From: Camelus dromedarius
Lineage: Eukaryota
Assembly: GCF_036321535.1 (NCBI RefSeq)
Contig: NC_087439.1
Span: 92,690,001-92,754,000 of the forward strand
Direction of reading: 5' to 3'
Length of the DNA stretch: 64,000 bases
The notes under the pieces were generated by a model. That model was not told where the DNA came from. It saw only the letters and a program-made list of their open reading frames with translations, and made no database searches. Made by a program: the position numbers and the translations under genes. Below, one piece after another: positions 51,135 to 62,724 of the stretch (the first letter of the stretch is position 1; each line of letters starts with the position of its first letter).

Positions 51135-51851
51135 TCACTTGATGTCAATGTGCAGCAACTGCTCTTTGCCATTTATTATCAGGGACTTTAGCTCTCCGTC
51201 TTCTTCCACTTCTACCCTTTCTTGGCCATTCTCAACGACTCTCTTGGTGGTGATTTTTTTGCCATTAATGATTTCGGTGGAAGTCGACACGGATTTGAAG
51301 TTGCCCGTCCCACCACTACCGCAAGACATGGAGAAGGAAGAAACGCCCCCGTTCCCCACGGAACCAAAGGAAGTAAATCCTGTATCAAAAGAAGAAAAAC
51401 TACCTCCAAATGCTGGAAATCCACTGAAGGTGGAGGAAAGGGGTGCGGATCCTCTGCATCTGCTTCCCCGGGAGCTCCTCCGACACCCTAAAATGTTCTC
51501 ACGCGAGTCTCCAAAGAAATCAAATGAAAATGGGTCCCGGCCGCCGAAGAACTCCCTGAAGACATCGGCTGGGTCGCGGAAGGTGAAGACGTCCTCGAAG
51601 GGGTCCTCGAAGGGTCTGCCGCCGCCGCCCTCCACCCCGGCCTCGCCGCATCGGTCGTAGACGTCCCTCTTCTTGGCGTCTGACAGCACCTCGTAAGCCT
51701 GGGCCACTTGCTTGAATCTCCTCTCCGCCTCCTCCTTGTTCTCGGGGTTTTTGTCCGGGTGCCACTTGAGCGCCAGCTTGCGGTAGGCCTTCCTAATGGC
51801 CTCGGACGAGGCCCGGCGGGGCACGCCCAGCACCTCGTAGTAGTCCACCAT
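51135..51851 (-). CDS. DNAJB3: DnaJ/Hsp40 subfamily B member 3 (intronless DNAJB6-like retrogene), 238 aa
   Basis: MVDYYEVL start, J domain with HPD (WHPDKN), G/F-rich linker, STST region, C-terminus [13 protein letters not shown]; no introns; antisense position upstream of UGT1A1 exon 1 matches the known locus. Confidence 0.92.
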   Translation of the reverse strand: MVDYYEVLGVPRRASSEAIRKAYRKLALKWHPDKNPENKEEAERRFKQVAQAYEVLSDAKKRDVYDRCGEAGVEGGGGRPFEDPFEDVFTFRDPADVFREFFGGRDPFSFDFFGDSRENILGCRRSSRGSRCRGSAPLSSTFSGFPAFGGSFSSFDTGFTSFGSVGNGGVSSFSMSCGSGGTGNFKSVSTSTEIINGKKITTKRVVENGQERVEVEEDGELKSLIINGKEQLLHIDIK

Positions 51852-52200
51852 GCCGGGCGGCCGCGCGCGGCCCGCGGGCCACGGGCTCGGAGCGGCGCGG
51901 CTGGCAGCCCCGGGGCGCGGGCCCAAGTGCCGCCCTCAAGGGGCGCCCCTTGTGACGAAGCCGGCGTCTCACAGGCCGAGGCCGCGCCCCAGAACGCAGC
52001 GCCCGCGTCCCGGAGTGCGCGCCCCGCGAGGCGCTCTGTGCCGTGGTGTTGCACGCGGGCGCGGAGGCCCCGCCCACCACAAGCCCCGCCCACCAGGGCC
52101 CCAGCTGAGCCCTGATCCCCAAACAGGGGCTGTGACGGGCTGCCTTAGGGAATGATTTTCTGAGCGTAGTCTTTACACCAGGCTTCCCGCCGGCCTGAGG
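51852..52200 (-). promoter_or_regulatory. CpG-island promoter of DNAJB3
   Basis: Very CpG-rich; duplicated GC box gccccgcccacca at ~52067 and ~52083; TGACG half-sites near 51953 and 52133. Confidence 0.65.
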
Positions 52201-52899
52201 TAGTGACGGGATTGAGTTTAGTCCGACCCTGGGCTGAAGGACAGCCTTATCGTTCATCAAATGTCCTAGCATTCGAATGATGCTAGGACGGCATTTCTCC
52301 AACTTTTTTGGCTTCAGGACTCTTTTGTTTTTGTGGGTTATGTCTATCGGTACTTACCTCATTACAAGTGCAAACAATCAAAAGCTAATTAGTCAATTTA
52401 ATAATGATAAACCCATCACATGCTAACACAAATCATATTTTTATGGAAAAATAACTTACTTTACATAAAAAACTCTTTCTGGCTTTATAGAAGTGCTAGA
52501 CTTTTACATCTGTTTCTGCGTTCAGTATGGTGCTGGACTGCGTGTCAGGGAGCCACTGGGAAACTCCACTGTACACATTAGTGAGATGGGAGGGAAAAAG
52601 CCAAATATCATTATTACAGAAATAGTTTCAACTTTGCAAAATTCTCTGAAAAACTCTTGGGGATTCCTAGCGTGCCTTAGCCCACAATCTGTGAACTCCT
52701 GGTCTAGTATATTAAAATGATTAAAATTTGCTGGCCATGTTTATAGTGCTGTGTGGGTAAACTTGGAGCACAGTGATTGTTTCCACTAAAAGTGCTGTAT
52801 CACAACTGTGATTTTCTTTTTGATATTTCTTGACATCTGACTTCACTTCCTCCTTATTCTCTTCCTGACACTATATTCTTTGCTTTGATAAATGGTGAA

Positions 52900-53170
52900 A
52901 CAACACCAATAAAGGTCGCTTAGTTCCAAGAGGAAATGATTAACCAATGAACTCAACATTTCATCATAAAGGGCGGTAGATCCAAAAGGGTGTGCCATTT
53001 CACCAGAGCAAACTGCTGACTTTGTATCACCTTGAGAGACTGAAGCCCTGGACTTGGCACAGGCTACGCACGCAATAAACAGATCAGGGGTAGAGTGCAT
53101 TGTGAACAAAGCAATATTGAAAAGTACAAGGTGTGTTTTGGGAGAGTTAAGTGATCCAAATGGCTAGAAG
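52900..53170 (+). promoter_or_regulatory. Homologue of the UGT1A1 gtPBREM enhancer
   Basis: Colinear with the human module as recalled: taaaggtc...gaaatgattaacc (HNF1-like), DR4 TGACTT-TGTA-TCACCT at 53017-53032, ggacttggcac (ARE-like), XRE CACGCAA at 53069-53075, gggtagagtgcattgtgaacaaagcaat (NR3). Confidence 0.8.
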
Positions 53171-53626
53171 GAGCAGGGCAGAGGGAGGGATCAAGCAGAA
53201 GGGCTAGAGAGGAGGAATGAGCTTGGCCAGGGGAGCAGGAGTCCATTCTAGGGAGTTCTGACGGCAAGACTGTGGAGTCTGAATTCCATCCTGGGCCCTA
53301 GGGAGCTGCTGACCAAGATTTCAGGGGCAGAGGTTGTGTAGGGCCATATGGGGGCAGCTGATGCAAGGAATCAAAAGGGACAGGTAGGGGTTACAGTTAC
53401 TGGGGGCTGAGGCCCTGGAGCAGGACTGTGGGAGCTGGGTTTGAGAAGCAGTGGTAGAATAGTCTAGATTCAGCATTTGCTTGCTTGCATGTGGGGCCTA
53501 CAGCAGCAGGAGAAGGTGTGTCACCTCCATACAGAGACATTTACTGAGTCTTACTGTCTGCAAAACTGTGGGCTGCCACCTGACTGACAGAGTGGTTCCA
53601 AAGCTGAAATTCTGCTTTCAGCTTTA

Positions 53627-53669
<43 letters not shown>

Positions 53670-53670
53670 A
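53627..53670 (+). repeat. (TAAA)11 microsatellite
   Basis: Direct count of perfect TAAA units. Confidence 0.95.
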
Positions 53671-55264
53671 AAAAATGTGAGAATGGGTGTCAGTCTAGTA
53701 GCAGAGACAGGTAGGCAATCTGCTAGGCATACAAGGCAGAATAGAGCAAAATGCTGGAGATTTAAGGAAGATGGCTTTGTTTCTCCCTGAAGGGTCCCAT
53801 TGATTATCTGGAAGGCAACAGACTTATTTACATAGCCCCGTTAGTGACAAGCAGCTCCAATCTAGTCCCATCAAAGGAGCTAGGAGTGTGTGGAGTGGTG
53901 GTTTTCTTAGCTATTGACTTCAGCTTTAGAAGGAATCACCTTCCAGGGGGTTCCCATGAATGATCTTGCAGACAGCCCACTCTTTAGCAGGCCCCAAAGC
54001 AAGAGCACATTGCTGCCCTACTCTGTGTTTCCTTGGCCACGCATGCTCCTCGACCAGAACACATCTTGCCTGCCCTGTATTTGGTTGTTTGTCCGTCTGA
54101 GCCCTCTTGACAGGCATGAACCATCTCTAACTTGGGTTTCTGGTCCCAGCTCCTAGCACAGCGCCGGGAGGGCCATTTGGTGAGGAGGGGAATTAGCAAT
54201 GGATTTTGAGTGTCAGGTCTGCTCAGGTTCCAGACAGGAGCTTAGTAGTGGTTTTTGGTCATAATTCTTGAGAATGAATGTGGGTTGCCCGCTATTCATA
54301 CAGGTAAAGAACAGTTCCTAGTCATGGGTCATGGGCAAAGTCATGACCCCAAACCATCCGAGTGCACAGAGGCCTCAAAAAGTTCTAAGACTCTTGGTGA
54401 TACAGGAAAGCCATAAAATCATTACAGTGGTGATTGTGTGTATTTACAGCCCCTTTCCTCTGTGTGATCTGCAGATGAACTCTCATGACATCGAGACTTC
54501 AGAAGAGTCATTGCCCTTAATGCTTAAACTGGACTATGAATTTCAGCATGGCAGATAAGCGTACACCAATGAGTCTTTTCTGCTGATCCACGATCTGGGT
54601 TCTACGGAGTGGGGGGTGCTTGGGGCTGGGTGTGGAAGGGAAGGGGGAGCTTCACAATGCATGAGTGTGAGCATGGGCACATGTGTGTCCCCAAGCATAA
54701 GCCAATACAAGCCTGGAGGTCAGTGGAGGAAGGATGGTGGTAACAGGAAAAGGGACTCTAAGTACCAATTCTAAGTACCAGAATGAGACGGGATCCTGTG
54801 AACATGCCCCACAGGGCATCAAAGCTTTAAAATTAGCAGTTTTTCCGTGACTAGAGAGATCCCCAAGTACGGGTGGCCAGTGATGTCCGCGGTTGAAATA
54901 TTGGGCTCTCTGCTTTCATCCTGGGATTGTATAGAATAACAATTTATCCCAAAAGGAAAGAGTGAAGTGCTCTGTTCTGTGCTCCGATTCGCCCTTTCCT
55001 GGGGAGAGGCATTTCTCTTTGGCAACTAACATACTTGCCCCTGACCCATCACCTGCCCTTTGGAGCACCGGCCTGTGCTGAGTATCGCTCTGTGAGTATA
55101 TTCTCCTTAATCCCAAAGTCCTGCCATCTGCCTGCCGTCCGGTTATGTTGATCGTGTAATGACTGTGGGCATCACAGCCGTGCTTCTGACTTCTGACTGG
55201 TTATAAATTTCCTTCTCAGCCTTAACACCGTGGTCTGGGCCCTGCTAGCAGCTGCAGGGAGTTG

Positions 55265-55480
55265 TGGGTAAGAGGCAGGGCCTTTGGGCTCTAACACCTG
55301 GGGCCTGGGTCTCAGCTCTGCCACTTAATAAAAGCAGGCCTCTGGCAAATCACGTGTCTCTGGGAAGCTCAGTGCCTTTGTTTGTAAATGGTAATAACAG
55401 CATTTGCCTTCACAGCCTAATTCTAGGGGTAACTAAGCCATGCTGTAACGTGCTTAGCTCCGTGCCTGGCACAGAGCGCA
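55265..55480 (+). mobile_element. MIR SINE
   Basis: ctgggtctcagctctgccactt...ctctgggaagctcagtgcctttgtttgtaaatgg...gtgcttagctccgtgcctggcacagag. Confidence 0.65.
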
Positions 55481-56232
55481 TGCACAAGAAATACGTGTTC
55501 TTCTTCATTGCTTTTGTTCATCTTTCCCCCTTTGCCTTCAACCAATCATCAGAATTCTCCAAAGTGTTTTCTTTCCCCTGGACCTTGGGCCTGTGTGATG
55601 AGTACAGTTTAACTTTTATTGCTTCTATTATTCTGGTTTCTTATTTACAGAGTGTTCTCTCACTGTCTCCCTGAATGAGTACAGACCTGTCCTGAGAAAG
55701 GCCTTCTGTGCCCACGGAATGTAGCTGGCCTCTTTCCCTGCCATTGTCTGTTCCGGCAGCATTCATTTCCTTCTTAGCCTGCTAAGACACAACCTCTGAC
55801 GTGTCTGTTTCCCTGTTTGAATCGTTAGTCTGTCTCTCTAGATGGAGCATGAATTCGGGGGTGGGGGCTGGGGGTAGGGGTGGGGACCACATCTCTGGGG
55901 GTCTCTGCTGGAGCCTCTAGGCCCTGCACTGTGCTGGGATCAACAGATACCAGCTGGATGAATGATTTAAAACACGATGTGCTGCTTGGGCAGAACCTTG
56001 AGTGAGCTACAGAGAAGGACGTACTTAAAGGCTGCTTGCAACGTCATGTTCTTTTCTTTCTGAAAGGCATATTCAGCTTTCAATTTCATTTCTGAAAAGG
56101 AGTTCTGCTTTGTTATCACAAAGCCTCCTTTCCTCTTGGATAATACTCTCTTGGTCCATGGAAATACTAATCTAATGGATTCAAAGGTGTTGGAGATGCT
56201 TTGCCTTTTCTGTTTACTCAAGAATGTGATTT

Positions 56233-57713
56233 CATCAAAACAGTATGGTGTTGGCACAAAAGCAGACATATAGATCAAGGCAACAACACAGAAAGCCTAG
56301 AAATAAACCTACACAATTAATTAATCTTCAACAAAGGAGGAAAGAATATACAATGGAGAAAAGACAGCCTCTCCAGAAAGTGGTAGTGGGGTAGCTGGAC
56401 AGCTGCGTATAAATCAATGAAGTTAGACCCCTCCCTCACACCATGCACAAAAACAAACTCAAAATGGCTTAAAGACTGAAATATTAGACATGATACTGTA
56501 AAACTTCTAGAAAAAAACATAGGCAAAACATTCTCTAACATAAATCAGAGCAGTGTTTTCTTAGGTCAGTCTCCCAAAACAAAAGAAATAAAAGCAAAAA
56601 TAAACAAATGGGACCTAATTGAACTTATAAGCTTTTGCATAGCAAAGGAAACCACAAACAAGATGGAAGGACAACCTACAGACTGGGAGAAAATATTTGC
56701 AAATGCTGCAACCGACAAGGGCTTAATTTCAAAATATAGATAGCTCATACAACTCAATATTGAAAAAACAAAAGCAACTCACTCAAAAATGGGCAGAAGA
56801 CCTAAACAGACATTCGTCCAAAAAGGATATACAGAGGGCCAACAGGCACATGAAAAGATGCTCAACATCACTAATTATTAGAGAAATGCAAATCAAAACC
56901 ACAATGAAGTATCACCTCACAATAGTCAGAATGGCTGTCATCAAAAAGTCTACAAATTATAAATGTGGAGAAGGGTGTGAAGAAAAGGGAACCCTCCTAC
57001 ACTGTTGGTGGGAACGTAAATTGGTGCAGCCACTATGTGTACCACAGTGTAGAGTTTCCTTAAAAAACTAAAAATAGAGTTGCCATATGATCCAGCAATC
57101 CCACTCCTGGGCATAAATCTGGAAAAGATGAAAACTCTAATTTGAAAAGATACATGAACCCCAATGTTCATAGCAGCACTATTTACAGTAGCCAAGACAA
57201 GGAAGCAATCAAAATGTCCATCAACAGACGGATGGATAAAGATGATGTGGTATATTGAGGAATACTTTTCCACCATAAGAAAGAATGAAATAATGCCATT
57301 TGCAGCAACATGGAGGGACCTAGAGATAATCATTCTGAGTGAAGTCAGACAGAGAAAGATAAATATTATATGATATCACTTATAAGTAGAATCTAAAGTA
57401 TGATACAAAAGAACTTTTTTATAAAACACAGACTCACAGACATAGAAAATGAATTTATGGTTACCAAAGGGGAAAAGGGGGAAAGGATAAACTAGGAGTT
57501 TGGGATTAACAGATACACATCACTATATTTAAAATAGATAAACAACAAGGACCTACTATAGAGCAGAGGGAACTACATTCAATATCTTTAATTATCTATA
57601 ATGGAAAAGAGTCTGAAAAGAATATGTATATATGTAAAACTGAATCAGTTTGCTGTACACCTGAAACTAACACAATATTGTAAACCACCTATAGTTTAAC
57701 TGAAAAAAAAAGA
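56233..57713 (+). mobile_element. 5'-truncated L1 (ORF2 end + 3'UTR + A tail)
   Basis: Sense L1 text; TSD aagaatgt(g/a)attt at 56220-56232 and 57714-57726. Confidence 0.88.
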
Positions 57714-57829
57714 AAGAATGTAATTTGAGTAGCTGAGAAGGAATTCTAGCCAGTTAAACTATTGTTGCCTATGAGAGACCTAATAAAGTTCAGCCCTCTT
57801 TATCTCTAAATGTAAACTTCCGGCTGCCT

Positions 57830-57964
57830 CTGGCTGACTGTCAGCTATAATCATGTGGCCTAATGAAACATTAACTTGGTGTACAGTTTGGCTCTTGCGT
57901 TGTGTAAGCGGGAGAGGGCAAACCTCCGGCAGATGACAGTTTTGGTAGGAACAGCAGGGGCACC
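57830..57964 (+). promoter_or_regulatory. UGT1A1 proximal promoter
   Basis: HNF1 element aaacattaacttggtgta (57866-57883) and ggagagggcaaacctc match the human promoter as recalled; no (TA)n box. Confidence 0.75.
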
Positions 57965-58828
57965 ATGACAACGGGGTCCTGGGATCCACGTCTGCTTGTC
58001 CTGGGACTGCTGCTGTGGGCGCTTGGCCCCGCCACGTCCCAGGGCGGGAAGCTGCTGGTGGTCCCAGTAGATGGCAGTCATTGGCTGAGCTTGGTCAGGG
58101 TCGTCCAGGAGCTGCAGCAGAGGGGACATGACATAGTGGTCATAGCACCTGATGCCTCCACGCACATTAAAGAAGGAGCCTCTTACACCTTGAGGAAGTA
58201 CCCCGTGCCATTCCAGAGGGAGGAACTGGAAAAGACTTTCATCACACTCGGGCGTAATGTTTTTGAGAATGATCCTTTCCTGCAGCGTGTGATCAAAATG
58301 TACCAGAAAGTCAAAGAGGATTCCGCTCTGCTCTTGTCTGCCTGCTCCCATCTGCTGCACAACAAGGAGCTGATGGCCTCCCTGGCAGCGAGCAGCTTTG
58401 ATGTCGTGTTGACAGACCCTTTCCTTCCCTGCGGCCCCATCGTGGCCCAGTACTTGGCTCTACCTACTGTGTTCTTCTTGAATGGACTGCCCTGCAGCCT
58501 GGACTCTCTGGGTACCCAGTGCCCAAACCCACCGTCCTATGTGCCCAGGCCTCTGTCCTCTAACCCAGATCACATGACCTTCCTGCAGCGGGTGAAGAAC
58601 ATGCTCGTTGCCTTGTCAGAGAACCTTCTGTGCAGTGTGGTTTATTCCCCATATGCATCTCTTGCCTCGGAAGTCCTTCAGAAAGACGTGACTGTCCAGG
58701 ACCTTCTGAAATCTGGGTCTATCTGGCTTCTCAGAAAAGACTTTGTGATTGATTTCCCGAGGCCCATCATGCCCAACATAGTTTTTATTGGTGGGATCAA
58801 CTGCGCTAGCAAAACCCCACTATCCCAG
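57965..58828 (+). CDS. UGT1A1: UGT1A1 (bilirubin UGT) exon 1, 288 codons
   Basis: DGSHW, YPVPFQRE, FENDPFLQRVIK, CSHLLHNKELMASL, LTDPFLPC, ends PLSQ with phase-0 donor cag|gtgtgt; last variable exon in the window, downstream of DNAJB3 and gtPBREM. Confidence 0.95.
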
Positions 58829-61800
58829 GTGTGTATCAGAGTGGGAACTTTATATGCCCGTATTCTTGCAGGTGCTGTGGCTAGATGAGTTTGCACAGAG
58901 ATAAGCTGAATGAGCACGCTGAGATAGATTCAGATGTCCTCTCGTGTTTATGTCTATCTTGCAAGTCTCCTAGTTCTGAGTTGTAATTTATATATCTTTG
59001 GCATTATCTCTAAATTATTTCTTTTATCGGACACTTCAGGGAAGTATACTTTGGCAGTTTTATTCTGCGTGCTCCAGTGAAGTGTAATCAATTCAATGCA
59101 ACACGGGTTAGACGCGTAGGGCGCTGGGTCCAGAGTTCCTCGCGGAGAACAGAATTGTGCAGCATGCACTTTGCCCTTGATTGGGTCAGGCTTACAAGAT
59201 TCAAGATTGCAGAAATAATTCTTTGATATCTATTGATCCTGGCAGGGCAAATTGCCTTTATGTTCCTGATTAAAAGTCCAGCCTCTAGGTATTCTAAGAG
59301 GAAGCTGAATCCTGCAGTTCTATGTCCTCTAATAAGCAGATAACCAGACAGCCAGGTTCTGACACTGGGCAGAAAGTTTTCATGTGTCTCATTCTCTTAA
59401 ATGCTTATATGTTATTTTTTTTCCCATCCAGAACTGGAGGTATGCAAAAAAGTAAATCTCAACAGAGGTGAGAGAGGGTAGCAAGAGAGGTCCCTTCAAA
59501 TGGAGCTTTGGGAAGGATTCTCCAAGGAGCTGACATTTCAATGGGTATTCATGTATTTATGTTTCAAGTATTGGTTAAGGATCTGCTGGTAGCCAGCACT
59601 TTCCAGGTGCTGATTCTGGCTCCTACTAAGGGGCTATCATCAGCCTTGCAGAGCAATGAATCTTATTTTCATTGTGCCTCCGACATGATTCATATTTTAA
59701 ATGGTCATGTAATTTTCATAGCAAGGTGAAACTTCGGGCAGCAGGAAGAACAGCAGGTAAGAAAGCAGATGCTGGGTGGATGTCTCCACCCCAGTGCGGC
59801 AAAACAGGTTCTTCTTTGTGGGGCTCTGACTACTCCCCTATAAAGTGGAGAGAGATCTCATAAGCTCTTAAAGCTCTCATGGCAATAAGAGTCTGATACC
59901 CTATGGCCTGTTGGACCAATCTGTGTCCAAGGGGGTGGTCTGGTGAAGAAAGAAAGCGGTGTTGATTTTCTGAAAGCAAATGTAGAAAACCATTAATGAT
60001 TCTTTTTTAGATAGGGGAAAAGAAAGAGGTGAAGTATCATCAAACCAGTGGATGTATCCCAGGTCAAAGGAAAGAAAGCTAGCTAGCAAGTCCAAGCTAG
60101 GCAGATATTAAAAAGAAATATTTTTGGCATCATTATGAAGAATCCAAGAGAAAGCAATTGTGTTTCATAATCACTTTGAAATTTAAAACTTGGGAGACAT
60201 GCATTCATAATGGAAATTCCATTTGAAATAGAAAAGTTTATCTAGAAATCTGCATGGACATCGTCAGTTACACTAGCCTTCTCTCTCTTCCTGGGACATT
60301 CCAAAATCTCTCCCAGTTCAAGACCCTTGAACGTGCTGTTCCCTCTTTCTGAGATGCTGTTCCCTGAATTTGTTAGGTGGCTGTCTTCACGTTTTTCAGG
60401 TCAGCTTCAATGTCACTTCCTCAGAGAGTCCTTCTCTCTAAGATAGCATCTTGTGCTGTTTCCTTTGTAGCATGTTGAATACCTTGATCATTTTGTTGGG
60501 ATAATTGTTTATCGACTGTCTCTTCCATATGTGTGGGGGCAGGGACCCCTTCTGCCAGGCACTGCATCCTTAACACCTGGCAATGGGTCTGCATGTGATT
60601 GATGTCCTGTCAGTATCAGCATCTTTGGCGTGTAATAGACACTCACCAAGTGTTTGTTAAATGAACGAATGAAAACAAAAGGGATATGAACTGAGGACTA
60701 GTCATCAGATAAATAGTAATCCTCAACAGTTCTTTATACTCTTACAATTACAGAAAGAACATATGTACACATTTTTTGTTGCTTATTTTATTTAAAAAAA
60801 GGTAATAAAGTATCCTCATTGCTCACTTATCAATATATCACGAGTATGGCTCCAGTTCTAAATAGTGCATCTATTTTTATCTGCTGCATAATATTTCATG
60901 GCACTCACGTGCCGCAGGTTACTTGTTAGGCATCTAGCCTATTCTCCTGTGAGGGAACACTGAAGTTTGTACCCCAGGGTATTTTGTTGTTCTTGTTGTT
61001 ACTTCAAACATTGCTTTAACAAGGATCAAATATTTTGTAGCTTCCTTCCTATTTGTTCTGTTTATTTCTTATTTTTCTTCTTAACTGTTCAACAGCGTTT
61101 TGGGGGGTCACTTCTGTGAACATGACTTTTTTTTTCCATTTCTGTCTCCAGCTGGTTATCCATTCACTATTCAGCCATCTCACCAAACTTTTGATTTTCA
61201 CCATTAAAAATCCCCCCAAACCTAGCATGCAGTCATTTTCCAAAAAATCTGAAATTTGTTTCTTCCGTTCTCAGTTCTATACCAAGTCTTTTTGAATTCA
61301 CTAGACTCTCTAAAAGCAGCTGAATGATTTCGGTAACAGCAAGAATTCATCTTGCTCCTGATTTTAATGGAAATTGATTTTCATTTCATCATTTTGCATT
61401 ATGTTTGCTATTGCTTTTTGGCAAATAGTCTTTATTTACTTTAGTGATTTCCTTCTTTATTTAGGAAGTTTAATGGGAGAGGCTGCAGAACTGTATCAAC
61501 TGCGTTTCTTGATACCATATTTTCTCCCCTGTAAATTTGTCTAAGTGGTGAGTTGCAATGACTGTGCGTTGGCTGCTGCCCTGTTTGGTGCAAGCGAGCT
61601 TAGGTTTGAGAATGTCTTTGTGAGTTGTACCTGATAATAGCTCTCTTTGTCCTAGTTAAAATGCTTTTAATTTGAAATTCCACTTTCTTGAGATTCATAT
61701 CACCATTCCTGCGTTGTTTTTGCTTACATTTCCCTAGTGCCTCTTTAGTGCTCCATGGCTTCCAGTTTCTGCTTTCTCACTAAACAACATGGAGTTGATA

Positions 61801-61885
61801 TGATTTAACCTGGTCAGGCAGATTCCATTAATAGGTGAACTTTGCCTGCTTGCACCTAACAACTGATAGACTCGATTACAACTCT

Positions 61886-61991
61886 TTTTTTTTTTTTTCA
61901 ATTGAAGCGCCGTCAGTTACAATGTCAGTTTCTGGTGTGCAGCGCAGTGTCCCAGTCGTGCATGCACATGCATGTATTCATTTTCATACTC
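61886..61991 (-). mobile_element. Very short L1 3'-end insertion
   Basis: polyT plus ~90 bp aligning to the L1 end at ~2540-2640; TSD ttaca(a/g)ctct at 61876-61885 and 61992-62001. Confidence 0.7.
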
Positions 61992-62140
61992 TTACAGCTC
62001 TTCCAGATTATTTTCATTTTGCTTTGTCATCTTCCCTCTTCTTGACTGTTGCTGGTTTGTTATGTTACTATTATCTTTTTTCCCCTTTGTTAATTAAAGA
62101 AGGCTACTCAGCATGTCCCTTCCGCTGGTGGAGACCACCT

Positions 62141-62724
62141 TTTTTTTTTTTTTTCCCTTTTCAGTTTTATTAGGTAGAATTATTACAGTTTGACTACACA
62201 TATACATAACATTGCATATAAATACATATATATATATATAAAATACTGCACTTTTTTTTGTTTACACATATGTACTGTTCATTATTTCTAAGAAAAGATT
62301 AGAGCTTTAGCTTTTCAAACTTACATAGTTATCAAAGGAATGAAGCCAACCACAGAATAAGAATCAACAGAATGTGGTAATCCAATCATAAATGACGGTC
62401 CATCTAAGTTATAAATAATAAGTAGTTAATTTGTGTTCTATTCCCCCCCCTAGATTCCACATATAAGTGATATCATATGGCATTTTCCTTTCTCTTTCCA
62501 GCCCACTTAACTTAGAATGATGATCTCCAGGTCTATCCATGTTGCTGCAAATGGCATTATTTTATTCTTTTTTATGGCTGAGTAGTATTCCATTGTATAA
62601 ATATAACACATCTTCTTTATCCAGTCATCGTTGATGGACATTTCGGTTGTTTCCATGTCTTGGCTATTGTAAATAGTGCTGCTATGAACATTGGAGTGCA
62701 TGTGTGTTTTTGAATTTTATTTTT
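62141..62724 (-). mobile_element. Composite retroinsertion: L1 3' fragment + ~250 bp non-L1 sequence + AATAAA + polyA
   Basis: 16-bp TSD ctggtggagacca(c/t)ct at 62125-62140 and 62725-62740; polyT to 62154; tttatt at 62166-62171; L1 text at ~62420-62724. Confidence 0.8.

Noticed and set aside
51034-52302. Long ORFs overlapping DNAJB3 (208, 201, 169, 135 aa) and the 25-aa upstream extension to 51926
   Set aside because: Shadow frames of a GC-rich CDS and CpG island; the extension begins at TTG, and homology starts at MVDYY (51851).
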